This document shows positions 16,763 to 26,029 of a stretch of DNA of 64,000 nt, piece by piece. Source of the DNA: an uncultured SAR86 cluster bacterium (GTDB taxonomy: Bacteria > Pseudomonadota > Gammaproteobacteria > Magnimaribacterales > D2472); assembly GCA_902558095.1 (NCBI GenBank), contig CACECP010000006.1, positions 4,850 to 68,849 on the forward strand, read 5' to 3'. The notes under the pieces were generated by a model. The model was not told the origin of the DNA. It saw nothing but the letters and a program-made list of their open reading frames with translations, and ran no database searches. A program made the position numbers and the translations under genes. How positions within the stretch are numbered: position 1 is the first letter of the stretch; every line of letters starts with the position of its first letter.

Positions 16763-19624
16763 ATGTTTAATTTAGAAGATCAAAAATATATAAAATTATT
16801 AGACCTTAATGCTCAAATATATACTGAATCTAAATTCAATTGCAAGCATATCCATTTAGATTCTAAAAGCGATGAAAAAGTTTTTATGGTCGCATTTAGG
16901 ACTATACCTGAAGATTCTACTGGTGTTGCGCATATACTTGAACACACTGCGCTTTGTGGATCAAAAAAGTATCCTGTACGAGATCCTTTTTTTATGATGA
17001 TTAGAAGATCCTTAAATACATTTATGAATGCTTTTACATCAAGTGATTGGACTGCATACCCTTTTGCTACCCTTAATGATAAAGATTTTAATAATTTATT
17101 AAGTGTTTACTTAGATTCATCTTTCTTTCCAAATTTAGATGAATTAGATTTTCTTCAAGAGGGTCACAGATTAGAATTTAATGATAAATATCCAGATGAG
17201 CTAGAAATTAAAGGAGTTGTTTATAATGAAATGAAAGGAGCTATGAGCTCTGTTTCGAGCCAACTTTGGGAAGGCTTATCCAAGCACTTGTATACATCAT
17301 CTACCTATAAATATAATAGCGGTGGTTCGCCTGAAAATATAATTGATTTGACGCATGATTACTTAGTCAATTTTCATAAAAAACATTATCATCCCTCAAA
17401 CGCAACATTTTTTACATTTGGTAAAGTAAATCCAGAAGAAATACAAACATTTATTGATGAAAATGTCTTAAAAAACTTTGAACCATCTGAAAAAGTAATT
17501 AGAGTGAAGAATGAAGATAGGTTTAGCTCACCTAAGACCATTAAAGAGTTCTATAATCCAATGCCTAATGATGAAAATAATCATCATGTCGTGTTAAGTT
17601 GGTTGCTCGGCGAAAGCCACGATCCAATTGAGTTACTTGAATCTTATTTAATTTCAAATATTCTTCTTGATAATTCAGCCTCGCCATTAAGAAAAGTTCT
17701 TGAAAATACTGAACTTGGTAAGTCTTTGTCTCCATTAACTGGTTTAGAAACAGATCATAAAGAATTAGTTTTTGCTGCTGGATTAGAAGGAGTTGGTCCG
17801 GGTAAACAAAAAGAAGTTGAGGACTTAATAATAAACTGTTTAAAAAATACTGTAAAAAATGGTATTCCAAAAGATCTTATAGACTCATCTCTGCACCAGT
17901 TAGAGATAAGACAACGAGAAATATCTGGCTCTGGTATGCCTTTTGGTCTTCAAATAATGCTGGGGTGTCTTCCTGCATGTATTCATAATGATGATCCATT
18001 AAAGGTATTGGATTTAGATTCATCATTTTCAACTATTAAAGAAAAGTTAAAATCTAAAAACTATATTGAAAATCTTATCAATGAAAAAATTATTAATAAT
18101 AATCACAGAGTAAATTTTTCTTTAGCTCCAGATCTAGAATTTAATAATAAAAAAGACAAAATAATAAAAGATAAGGTATTAGAAAAGTCAAAAAAATTAT
18201 CCTCTAAAGATAAAGATAAAATCATCTATCTTGCTTCAAAGCTTAAAAAAAGACAGGAGTCTGAAGATAATCCTGAAATACTTCCAAAAGTTACAAAAGA
18301 AGATATTCCTTTATATAGAAATTATGCAGTGCCTGAAGTAGCAAAAGACGGTGTGGTTAACAATTTCTTTTACAACGCTGGAACAAATGGGATTACTTAT
18401 CACTCAATGATATTTCCTTGTAAGAATCTATCCATTGATGAATTTAAAATTTCTTCTTTATTTGCCAATACTATAACTGATGTTGGATTAGGTGATAAAA
18501 ACTATGAAGAAGTTCAAAAAATTCAATCAGCGATAACTGGGGGCATATCATCAAATTTTGTTCTCATTCCTGATAAAGATGGAGGTGATCCTAAAATCGG
18601 CCTAAAAATATCATCTAAATCTTTAGAAGCTAATGAAAATAAGATGCAAAATCTTATGATAGAAACTATTAAAGATGCTAATTTCAAGGATAAAAATAGA
18701 ATTGAGGATTTGGTAAATTTTATTTCCTCTTCCAATGAAAGATCTTTAATTCAAAATGGCCACCTGCTTGCCATGAGCAATGCTGGCGCTCAAGTAAATA
18801 ATATTGCTGCTACAAATGATATTGCATCAGGTATTAATTTTATTACAAATACCAAACATCTCTCTAAAGATCTTAATATCAATGATAATCTCGAAAATTA
18901 TATTGCTAAACTTCAATCAATTAAAAATAAAATTAGTGAGTCACCAATATATACTTTTACTGCATCATCATTAAACAAGAATGAAAGTTCTATCAATTTA
19001 ATATTTAAGGATGTTGTTCATGATTGTCAAACACAGAATTATTTTAATATTCAAGAGCAATCGATTGGATGGATTACTGGAGCCCAAGTATGTTACTGTG
19101 CTGAAGTTTTTCCAACCGTTGATTTTTTCCATTCTGATGCTCCTGCCTTAACAGTACTAGGTGCTGTACTTAGAAATGGTTATTTACATTCAGCTATTAG
19201 AGAAAAAGGTGGAGCCTATGGTTCTGGAGCAATACAAGATTCAAATAACATGATTTTCAAATTTTTCTCATACCGAGATCCACGATGCTCCGAAACCTTT
19301 AATGATTTTAAAAAATCAATAGAGTGGTCTCTTAAAAATATTACTGAAGAAAACTTAGAAGAAGGTATCTTGGGAATTATATCTAGCATTGATAAACCCT
19401 TATCTCCATTCGGAGAAGCTATGAGTGATTTTACATCCTCACTTGATAATAAAGATCCAGAAAAAAGATTAAATTTCAGAGCAAAAGTTAAGGAATGCAC
19501 TGTTAAAGATTTAATTAATGTTTCAAGTAAATATCTACTGAGCGGTTCATCTAAATCCGTAATAGCAGGTGAAAATTATATTGAAGAAATTAAGCAACTA
19601 AATTTTGAAATAAAAAATATATAA
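16763..19624 (+). CDS. M16C insulinase-family metalloprotease (PreP/presequence-protease-like)
   Basis: Inverted zinc motif HILEH in GVAHILEHTALCGS. ~950 aa, the size typical of M16C. Confidence 0.85.
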   Translation: MFNLEDQKYIKLLDLNAQIYTESKFNCKHIHLDSKSDEKVFMVAFRTIPEDSTGVAHILEHTALCGSKKYPVRDPFFMMIRRSLNTFMNAFTSSDWTAYPFATLNDKDFNNLLSVYLDSSFFPNLDELDFLQEGHRLEFNDKYPDELEIKGVVYNEMKGAMSSVSSQLWEGLSKHLYTSSTYKYNSGGSPENIIDLTHDYLVNFHKKHYHPSNATFFTFGKVNPEEIQTFIDENVLKNFEPSEKVIRVKNEDRFSSPKTIKEFYNPMPNDENNHHVVLSWLLGESHDPIELLESYLISNILLDNSASPLRKVLENTELGKSLSPLTGLETDHKELVFAAGLEGVGPGKQKEVEDLIINCLKNTVKNGIPKDLIDSSLHQLEIRQREISGSGMPFGLQIMLGCLPACIHNDDPLKVLDLDSSFSTIKEKLKSKNYIENLINEKIINNNHRVNFSLAPDLEFNNKKDKIIKDKVLEKSKKLSSKDKDKIIYLASKLKKRQESEDNPEILPKVTKEDIPLYRNYAVPEVAKDGVVNNFFYNAGTNGITYHSMIFPCKNLSIDEFKISSLFANTITDVGLGDKNYEEVQKIQSAITGGISSNFVLIPDKDGGDPKIGLKISSKSLEANENKMQNLMIETIKDANFKDKNRIEDLVNFISSSNERSLIQNGHLLAMSNAGAQVNNIAATNDIASGINFITNTKHLSKDLNINDNLENYIAKLQSIKNKISESPIYTFTASSLNKNESSINLIFKDVVHDCQTQNYFNIQEQSIGWITGAQVCYCAEVFPTVDFFHSDAPALTVLGAVLRNGYLHSAIREKGGAYGSGAIQDSNNMIFKFFSYRDPRCSETFNDFKKSIEWSLKNITEENLEEGILGIISSIDKPLSPFGEAMSDFTSSLDNKDPEKRLNFRAKVKECTVKDLINVSSKYLLSGSSKSVIAGENYIEEIKQLNFEIKNI

Positions 19625-20245
19625 TCAAAAAAATAAAAATCTCTTTTTCTTTAGCTCTTCTGCGCAGCCCCAATACTGTTTTTGATATTTAGTTGATCTT
19701 GCTTGAACTCTATCTGCAACATTTATCAGCCATTGTTTTTGTCTGTAGGATTTATTTTTGAAGCCACTATACCCCTCATGATATGCAAGATAAAGTGATC
19801 GAGCATCAGTTTGATCAAACCCCTGGTAATATCCTTTACTTGCATACCAACCTATAAAGTCTGCAGAGTCATTAAAATTTTTTCTATTAGCTCTTGTATT
19901 TCCAGTTTCATCTTTATAGTCCGTCCAAGTCTCCTTTAGTGCTTGAGAATAGCCAACAGCTGAAGATGGTCTTGACCAAGGTACAAAACCAAATAATTTT
20001 TCTCTATCTGGTTTTGCATCTGCCTTAAAACTAGATTCTTGATAAACAATTGACATCAATACATATGGAGGGATCTTCCATCTTTTTTCACTGCGAATAG
20101 CTGCTTTATACCAACTCTTTTTTTCTTTAAAAATCAAACAAATGTTATCAGGACTTTCAGGAGGCTTAGTGGCGCAAGATTGAATAATAAAAATAATTAT
20201 TAAAGGTAATAAAGGATTATATTTAAATTTTTTCATCTTTTTCAA
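19625..20245 (-). CDS. lipoprotein with lytic transglycosylase (SLT)-like domain
   Basis: Lipobox IIQSC. Catalytic-Glu context VYQESSFKADAKP followed by GYSQ (analogue of GLMQ). Confidence 0.6.
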   Translation of the reverse strand: MKKMKKFKYNPLLPLIIIFIIQSCATKPPESPDNICLIFKEKKSWYKAAIRSEKRWKIPPYVLMSIVYQESSFKADAKPDREKLFGFVPWSRPSSAVGYSQALKETWTDYKDETGNTRANRKNFNDSADFIGWYASKGYYQGFDQTDARSLYLAYHEGYSGFKNKSYRQKQWLINVADRVQARSTKYQKQYWGCAEELKKKRFLFF

Positions 20246-21509
20246 ATCCTCTAAAGTTTTTAAATCTAGGGAATCTAAGACTGAAATGGTCCCCTTCGAT
20301 ACTTTTAGTTATTGCATCAGCTCTAACCTCTATAAGTCTTCCAATAAGTCTATCTTTGTCTGCCCAGTACATATCTCTCTGTTCGTCTGTTAATCCACTT
20401 CCAACACTTAATGAGAAAAACTTTCCATCGTCTTCACCCTCAACTGAAAATGCGCCCAACTTCCCCTCATGTTTTCCTGTACCCTCCTGAATATCTATTA
20501 CTTTTAATGTCACTTCTATAAAAGGTTTTATCTTTAACCAAGCGTGACTCCTCTTACACTCATAATAATTATTGCTAGGCTTTATCATCAGGCCTTCAAA
20601 CCCTTTTTCAAGGGCCTCTTTGTTCATTTCTGAGAATTTTTCCTGTCCTTGTTCATTGTCAAAGTTTATTATTTCGTAATCGACTAATTTGATTTCACTT
20701 CCAAAAGTTTTTGAGAGTTTGTTTAATTCTTGCTTTCTTTCTAAAGAATTAAGCTTGCTCCTTCCTTCATTAAATTCTTTTAAAGGAAGCATATCGAATA
20801 ATGCTAAATATGCATCTTCTGTATTTGCTCCTGACTTTCTATAAACTTGTTTCATTAATGCTTGAAAGTCATCACTCATAACCTCTCCATCAAAAACGAA
20901 ATTATTATACTCAGGCTTACTAAGTGCATTTTCTATATGAGCAAAGTTATTAAATATTTTTCCATTTCTACTATAGAGTGTTGCCTTATTTTTCTTAACA
21001 ATTGCAACAACCCTTACTCCATCGTATTTATATTCAACTAAGCAATCACCTTTTATTTTTTTTGGATGTTTTGCTCCATCATGAGCCAGCATGCAGGAAA
21101 AAACGGGTACTCTAAATTTCAAATTCATTTTTTTTGCAACATTATTGACTGTTTTTTCACTAACACCGCATCTAAGATCTTTAATTAAGATTCTTCTATA
21201 CCAATTATTCCACTGATCTTCTTTAGAAAGGTTCATTAAATTAATAATTAAATCCCTTGCTGCATGGCCAGTGCTTTCCCTTTCAATTAGCAAATTTGCA
21301 GAATTTTTAAAATCTTCCCAATTGAGCCCATTGCCATTTTTTTCACTTTCTGGAACTTGTTTTACACCAAAAGTAACTAATGGGTCTAAGCACATAGCCA
21401 AGCCTTCTTGAAATTCCTTATAATTGAGATTTTTTTCAATAATATCTTCTTTAAATAAGCGGCTGTTATTACTTTCTAGCTCCTTTATTATTTCCCACGA
21501 ATTTATCAT
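20223..21509 (-). CDS. ATP-dependent DNA ligase (phage T7-like architecture)
   Basis: Nucleotidyltransferase motifs in order: I VEYKYDGVR, III FDGEV, IV EGLMIK, V WLKIK, VI LRFPRF. 428 aa with no BRCT or Zn domain, so it is not an NAD-type LigA. Confidence 0.85.
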   Translation of the reverse strand: MINSWEIIKELESNNSRLFKEDIIEKNLNYKEFQEGLAMCLDPLVTFGVKQVPESEKNGNGLNWEDFKNSANLLIERESTGHAARDLIINLMNLSKEDQWNNWYRRILIKDLRCGVSEKTVNNVAKKMNLKFRVPVFSCMLAHDGAKHPKKIKGDCLVEYKYDGVRVVAIVKKNKATLYSRNGKIFNNFAHIENALSKPEYNNFVFDGEVMSDDFQALMKQVYRKSGANTEDAYLALFDMLPLKEFNEGRSKLNSLERKQELNKLSKTFGSEIKLVDYEIINFDNEQGQEKFSEMNKEALEKGFEGLMIKPSNNYYECKRSHAWLKIKPFIEVTLKVIDIQEGTGKHEGKLGAFSVEGEDDGKFFSLSVGSGLTDEQRDMYWADKDRLIGRLIEVRADAITKSIEGDHFSLRFPRFKNFRGFEKDEKI

Positions 21510-22124
21510 TTAATTTTCAGATGAATTTAATTGATTAAGTCTTTCTATATCCTGTGCTCTTGATTCTATATGTGAAATCATTTGTTTTGTGATTGGAGTT
21601 CTTTCCTCATCACATAGTGATGCATGAAATTTTTCGGAAAAATTAGCAGAAAACTCTATCATTTGTTTCACAGTTATTAATGGATTTGATGCTGAGCTTA
21701 AATTGCTCACTACAACAACTGCAAACGTTCTTGTATCATTCTCAAATGTTCCAGGGTTTAGCGCATTGATAACTCTAAATTTCTCAAAACCATTTTCATC
21801 AACTAATGAAAAATATTTATTTTTGATCTTCGCGCCATAGTTACCTAAAAATGCAAATATCTGATCTATATCAAACATTGATTTATCCGAAGATATTAAA
21901 TAAAAACAAACTAGTTCCTGATTTTCATCAGATTCGTATAAATCTTCTGATTTATCCTCAGTTAGATCTTTGTCTTTTTCTAATGATTCGAGTGGATCTG
22001 GAATTTTTTCAATTTTGACTTTGAGATTATTTGAATTTGTAATTTTTCTAACGAATAAAAAAACAATTACTAAAAAAAATAATATCGCAAGTCCAATTAA
22101 ATATATTTCAGAATTTGTTCCCAT
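21510..22124 (-). CDS. zipA: cell-division protein ZipA (short form)
   Basis: N-terminal TM anchor, acidic linker, and a C-terminal domain with ZipA-like NALNPGTF...TFAVVV pattern. Position is directly after smc. Confidence 0.65.
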   Translation of the reverse strand: MGTNSEIYLIGLAILFFLVIVFLFVRKITNSNNLKVKIEKIPDPLESLEKDKDLTEDKSEDLYESDENQELVCFYLISSDKSMFDIDQIFAFLGNYGAKIKNKYFSLVDENGFEKFRVINALNPGTFENDTRTFAVVVVSNLSSASNPLITVKQMIEFSANFSEKFHASLCDEERTPITKQMISHIESRAQDIERLNQLNSSEN

Positions 22125-24323
22125 TTATGAATCAGCTAATTGAAGAGCTTGACTAACATCTACTGATACCATCCTTGATACCCCAGCTTCTTGCATTGTT
22201 ACTCCCATTAGGTAGTCACTTCTTTCCATTGAAACTTTATTATGAGTTATAAAAATAAATTGTACAGATTTAGACATTTCTTCAACCATATTTATAAACC
22301 TTAAAGTATTTAAATCATCTAATGGTGCATCAACTTCATCAAGCAAACAAAATGGTGCTGGGTTTAGTTCAAATATCGCAAATACCAAAGCTAGAGCGGT
22401 TAACGCCTTTTCACCTCCAGATAATTGAGATATTGATGAATTTTTCTTACCTGGAGGTCTTGCCATCAACACAACACCTGCATTTAAAGTATCATCATCA
22501 GTTAGTGTTAACTCAGCCATTCCGCCACCAAATAGTTTAGGAAACATCTCTTTAAGTCTTGTATTGACCGCATTAAAACTATCTTTGAATATAGTTTTAG
22601 TCTCGTCGTCTATTTTTTTAATAGCAGCTGTAAGCTTATCTAGCGCTTCGGTAAGATCAGCATATTGCTCATCTAATTCTTGCTTTCTTGCTGATTCCTC
22701 TGCAATTTCATCTGGTGCTGCAAGGTTTATTGCACCAAGTTTAATTATTTTGGCTTCAAGATCTACTAACTTATCTTCAATCTCTTCAAATGTTGTATTT
22801 TCGTATACAGAAAAATCTATTGATTCAATCTCTATACCAGCTTCTTTAATTTTTTTATTTGAATTCTCAAGATTGATTTCATGTGTCTTTAACTCAACGC
22901 GAACATCGGTAATTTTTTCTGAAATAGATCTAGAGTCTAAGTCTGCAATTGATTTTTTATTTTCCAGATCACGAAGTTCTTCATTAAATTTAGATTGTTT
23001 TTGTCTAAGATCTATTAAAACTGATTCAGCTTTAGAGCTTTTGTTAACCAATTCTTCCATTTCTTCTTCAATGGAGCCTTTGAGCTTTTCTGCTTCTTCA
23101 ATCTGGACTTCAAGCTCATTCTGCCTTGAAAGATACTCCTTTGTAAGAGATTTTGATTGTGCTGTTGCAATATTTAGGATATCTACTAAAAGCCTTTTTA
23201 ACTCTAATGCTTTATCTCTAATACTGTCGTTATTTATTCCATATTTTTCTATGATATTGATTATGTCATTTAAAATATGCATTGCTTTCTCACTTGGACT
23301 TAATTCATCAAAGTTTTTTTCGCTTTCTCTGGCCTTTTCATAATTTTGCTTAGCCTTTTGTAAGCTGTATTTCGTTTCAGAATCTGATTTATTAATATTT
23401 TGTAAATTAGCCTCTCTTTTTGCAATTTCTGCACCAACAGCATAAAAATTCTTTTGTGCTGTTTCGTATTCAACTAGTATTGAATCATTCTCAGTTCTAT
23501 ATTGATCAATTTGAGATTGAATGGTTTCACATTCAGCATTCTTTATTTTTAAATCTCTATTAAATGAATCTAAGTTTTTTTGAAGGTTATCTCTGTTATT
23601 TTTAGCTTCAATAGAAAAAAGTATGGCTTTATCTAATTCTAATTTGGCCTTATCTTTTTTTAATAAATTATATTTATCAGCAGCTTTGGCTTGATTTTCT
23701 AATCTTTTAATTAATCTTGCTATTTCATCTTTGATGTCTTTAACTCTAGATAGGTTTTCTTTAGTTCTTTTAATCCTGGACTCTGTCTCTTTTCTTCTTT
23801 CTCTATATTTAGATACTCCAGCTGCTTCCTCTATATGAGTCCTAAGTTCATCTGGTTTGGCGCTAACGAGCTTGCTTACCATGCCCTGCTCAATAATTGC
23901 GTAAGAGCTTGGGCCTAGGCCTGTTCCTAAAAATATATCTTGAACATCTTTTCTTCTACATTTTGTATTATTAATATAATAATTTGATTGAGCGTCTCTG
24001 GTCATAACTCTTTTTATTGAAACTTCATTAAAAGATGCGTATTCACCACCTATCTTTGCACTTGAGTTGTCAAATAATAATTCTATGCTGCATTGTCCAG
24101 AGGCTTTTCTTTTTTCTGAACCATTGAAGATAACATCTACCATTGATTCCCCTCTTAGATTTTTTGCTGACAGTTCCCCTAAAACCCATCTAACAGCATC
24201 AATTACATTTGATTTACCACAACCGTTAGGACCGACAACTCCAACCATATTCGTTGGAAATGATATTTTCGTTGGATCAACGAAACTTTTAAAACCAGAG
24301 AGTTTTATATGTTTTAGCTGCAT
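22125..24323 (-). CDS. smc: SMC chromosome-segregation ATPase, unusually short (732 aa)
   Basis: N-terminal head FKSF...GPNGCGKSNVIDAVRWVLGE (Walker A). C-terminal head LSGGEKALTALALVFAIF (signature) and CLLDEVDAPLD (Walker B). Coiled-coil sequence lies between them. Confidence 0.85.
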   Translation of the reverse strand: MQLKHIKLSGFKSFVDPTKISFPTNMVGVVGPNGCGKSNVIDAVRWVLGELSAKNLRGESMVDVIFNGSEKRKASGQCSIELLFDNSSAKIGGEYASFNEVSIKRVMTRDAQSNYYINNTKCRRKDVQDIFLGTGLGPSSYAIIEQGMVSKLVSAKPDELRTHIEEAAGVSKYRERRKETESRIKRTKENLSRVKDIKDEIARLIKRLENQAKAADKYNLLKKDKAKLELDKAILFSIEAKNNRDNLQKNLDSFNRDLKIKNAECETIQSQIDQYRTENDSILVEYETAQKNFYAVGAEIAKREANLQNINKSDSETKYSLQKAKQNYEKARESEKNFDELSPSEKAMHILNDIINIIEKYGINNDSIRDKALELKRLLVDILNIATAQSKSLTKEYLSRQNELEVQIEEAEKLKGSIEEEMEELVNKSSKAESVLIDLRQKQSKFNEELRDLENKKSIADLDSRSISEKITDVRVELKTHEINLENSNKKIKEAGIEIESIDFSVYENTTFEEIEDKLVDLEAKIIKLGAINLAAPDEIAEESARKQELDEQYADLTEALDKLTAAIKKIDDETKTIFKDSFNAVNTRLKEMFPKLFGGGMAELTLTDDDTLNAGVVLMARPPGKKNSSISQLSGGEKALTALALVFAIFELNPAPFCLLDEVDAPLDDLNTLRFINMVEEMSKSVQFIFITHNKVSMERSDYLMGVTMQEAGVSRMVSVDVSQALQLADS

Positions 24324-24348
24324 CTTAGAGTCTTCTTATACAACTACA

Positions 24349-25134
24349 TTATAACTCTTGTGATTTTTTTAACCATTCATTTAAGCCAATTTTGTAGCTG
24401 TAAGAGGTAGTATTTTGATTCAAAATAGTCAAATTTTTTATATAAAATTCTTCAATACTTTCTTTGCATATTAAATTAATTTCAAATTCAATTCTTTCAT
24501 CATTAAGAATGGCCGAAGCTAGATCAAACCCAGGAATAATACTATCAGCATTTGTTAAGAGAACGTTCTGAATATCTTCAAATTCCTGTTTAGCAATTGG
24601 TATTTCTGGACCATTCATTATGAAAAGCTGAATTTCAGCAGTATTAATTCTACACGGAACTTCAGAATCTTGATGGATCTTAAAATTTGAATCTTTAAAT
24701 TTTGGAAATTTAATATCTCTCAAGTTGGTATAAAGACCATAGAAAATAACTTTTTCGTCATTAGTAACAAAAAATTTTTCTGAAAAAGCTATTAGGCTCT
24801 CAGCAGAATTCAGCTTTCCTATATTAATAGATTTTGAAATGAGGCTGATTGTCCAAACTTTAATTTCCTCTGAGTCTAAAATTGATTCCATTTCCTTTAG
24901 GTATTCTTGAGATATCCTTGAGTCTACGAATATCTCTTCATTAATTTTATTAGTTAATATTTGTTTATTTACTGTTCCAAATAAAGCAAACTTGCTTGTA
25001 AATGCAATCAAACAAAATGAAAAAATTAAAATACTATAACCAAGAATAATACCTTTATTATTTGTTCTCTGGCCTAAAAGATAGGCAATTATAGGAAGTG
25101 CTGCAAAAAATATTAATATGTAAAATATAATCAT
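24349..25134 (-). CDS. possible CcmI-like cytochrome c maturation accessory protein
   Basis: Called mainly from position (directly after ccmH) and two N-terminal TM helices. No TPR motif that I can verify. Confidence 0.35.
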   Translation of the reverse strand: MIIFYILIFFAALPIIAYLLGQRTNNKGIILGYSILIFSFCLIAFTSKFALFGTVNKQILTNKINEEIFVDSRISQEYLKEMESILDSEEIKVWTISLISKSINIGKLNSAESLIAFSEKFFVTNDEKVIFYGLYTNLRDIKFPKFKDSNFKIHQDSEVPCRINTAEIQLFIMNGPEIPIAKQEFEDIQNVLLTNADSIIPGFDLASAILNDERIEFEINLICKESIEEFYIKNLTILNQNTTSYSYKIGLNEWLKKSQEL

Positions 25135-25505
25135 TAATATTTTTTTCTAAATAGAAATATTGATAGGGCTAATAAAAGGATAACAAAAGGTGAAAACCAC
25201 AATAAATAAGTTCCTTTACTTAACTCCGGTTCGTAAAGTGACTCCTTGCCAAACCTTGATGCAACATAATTCTTTATTTCATCATCAGTTTTATTTTCCC
25301 TGACCATTTCTGCTATCTTCAATTTTAAGTCTTCAGAGACAGGTGCATTTGAACTAGACAACGATCCAAATGTGCATTTCGGACATCTAATATCTTTTAT
25401 AAGATCATTAAATCTTTTCTCATCTTCATCATTTGTGAATTCGTATATAGTTCCAGAAAATATTGTTAAAGAGAAGAATATTAAAGTGATATATTTAATT
25501 TTCAT
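25134..25505 (-). CDS. ccmH: cytochrome c-type biogenesis protein CcmH
   Basis: RCPKC (LRCxxC-type) motif, C-terminal TM helix, operon position. Confidence 0.8.
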   Translation of the reverse strand: MKIKYITLIFFSLTIFSGTIYEFTNDEDEKRFNDLIKDIRCPKCTFGSLSSSNAPVSEDLKLKIAEMVRENKTDDEIKNYVASRFGKESLYEPELSKGTYLLWFSPFVILLLALSIFLFRKKY

Positions 25506-26026
25506 TTGAATAATCCCTGTTCTTCAATAATTGGAGCAAAAACTTTATTCCAAATAGACGCATTAATTTCACCTTGATAGTGAGCAACTATCTTCCCATT
25601 ATTTACTAAAAAAGTCTCAGGTGCTCCTGTAACACCCATATCTAATGCTAATGACCCTTTGTTGTCATGAATAATTAACTGATATGGATTCCCAAACTTT
25701 GAAAGCCAATTAATTGCATCATCTCTTTCATCCTTATAATTAATACCAATTACAGGAATTCCTCTCTTATTTAAGCTCATTAAATACGGGTGCTCTATTT
25801 GACATGTTATACACCAACTTGCCCATATATTTATTATTGAGGCTCCCTTTATATCGGTATTTTTTATAACTCTTTTGCTATCGAGATCTTCAAGATTGAA
25901 AATAGGTAAATCAAACTCTCGATAATCTGCTCCTGGAATCTGTTTGTCCTCATTTAGCAAGACAAAAAACATAAATAAAAAAGATATTGGAAGGGAAATA
26001 ATTAATAATTTTAATAAAATCTTCAT
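25502..26026 (-). CDS. ccmG: thiol:disulfide oxidoreductase CcmG/DsbE
   Basis: WASWCITCQIEHP (CxxC), N-terminal anchor, GAPETF motif, operon position. Confidence 0.85.
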   Translation of the reverse strand: MKILLKLLIISLPISFLFMFFVLLNEDKQIPGADYREFDLPIFNLEDLDSKRVIKNTDIKGASIINIWASWCITCQIEHPYLMSLNKRGIPVIGINYKDERDDAINWLSKFGNPYQLIIHDNKGSLALDMGVTGAPETFLVNNGKIVAHYQGEINASIWNKVFAPIIEEQGLFK

Positions 26027-26029
26027 ATA

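Noticed and set aside
22564-23343. 259-aa plus-strand ORF (Ser/Ile/Leu-rich) inside smc
   Set aside because: It is an antisense shadow of the Lys/Glu-rich coiled-coil coding region, low in complexity, with no start context. smc on the minus strand explains the open frame. The same reasoning applies to the other short antisense ORFs in the track (for example 494..721, 1365..1708, 3244..3459, 3616..3828, 9605..9979, 17565..17870, 43307..43615, 59296..59901).
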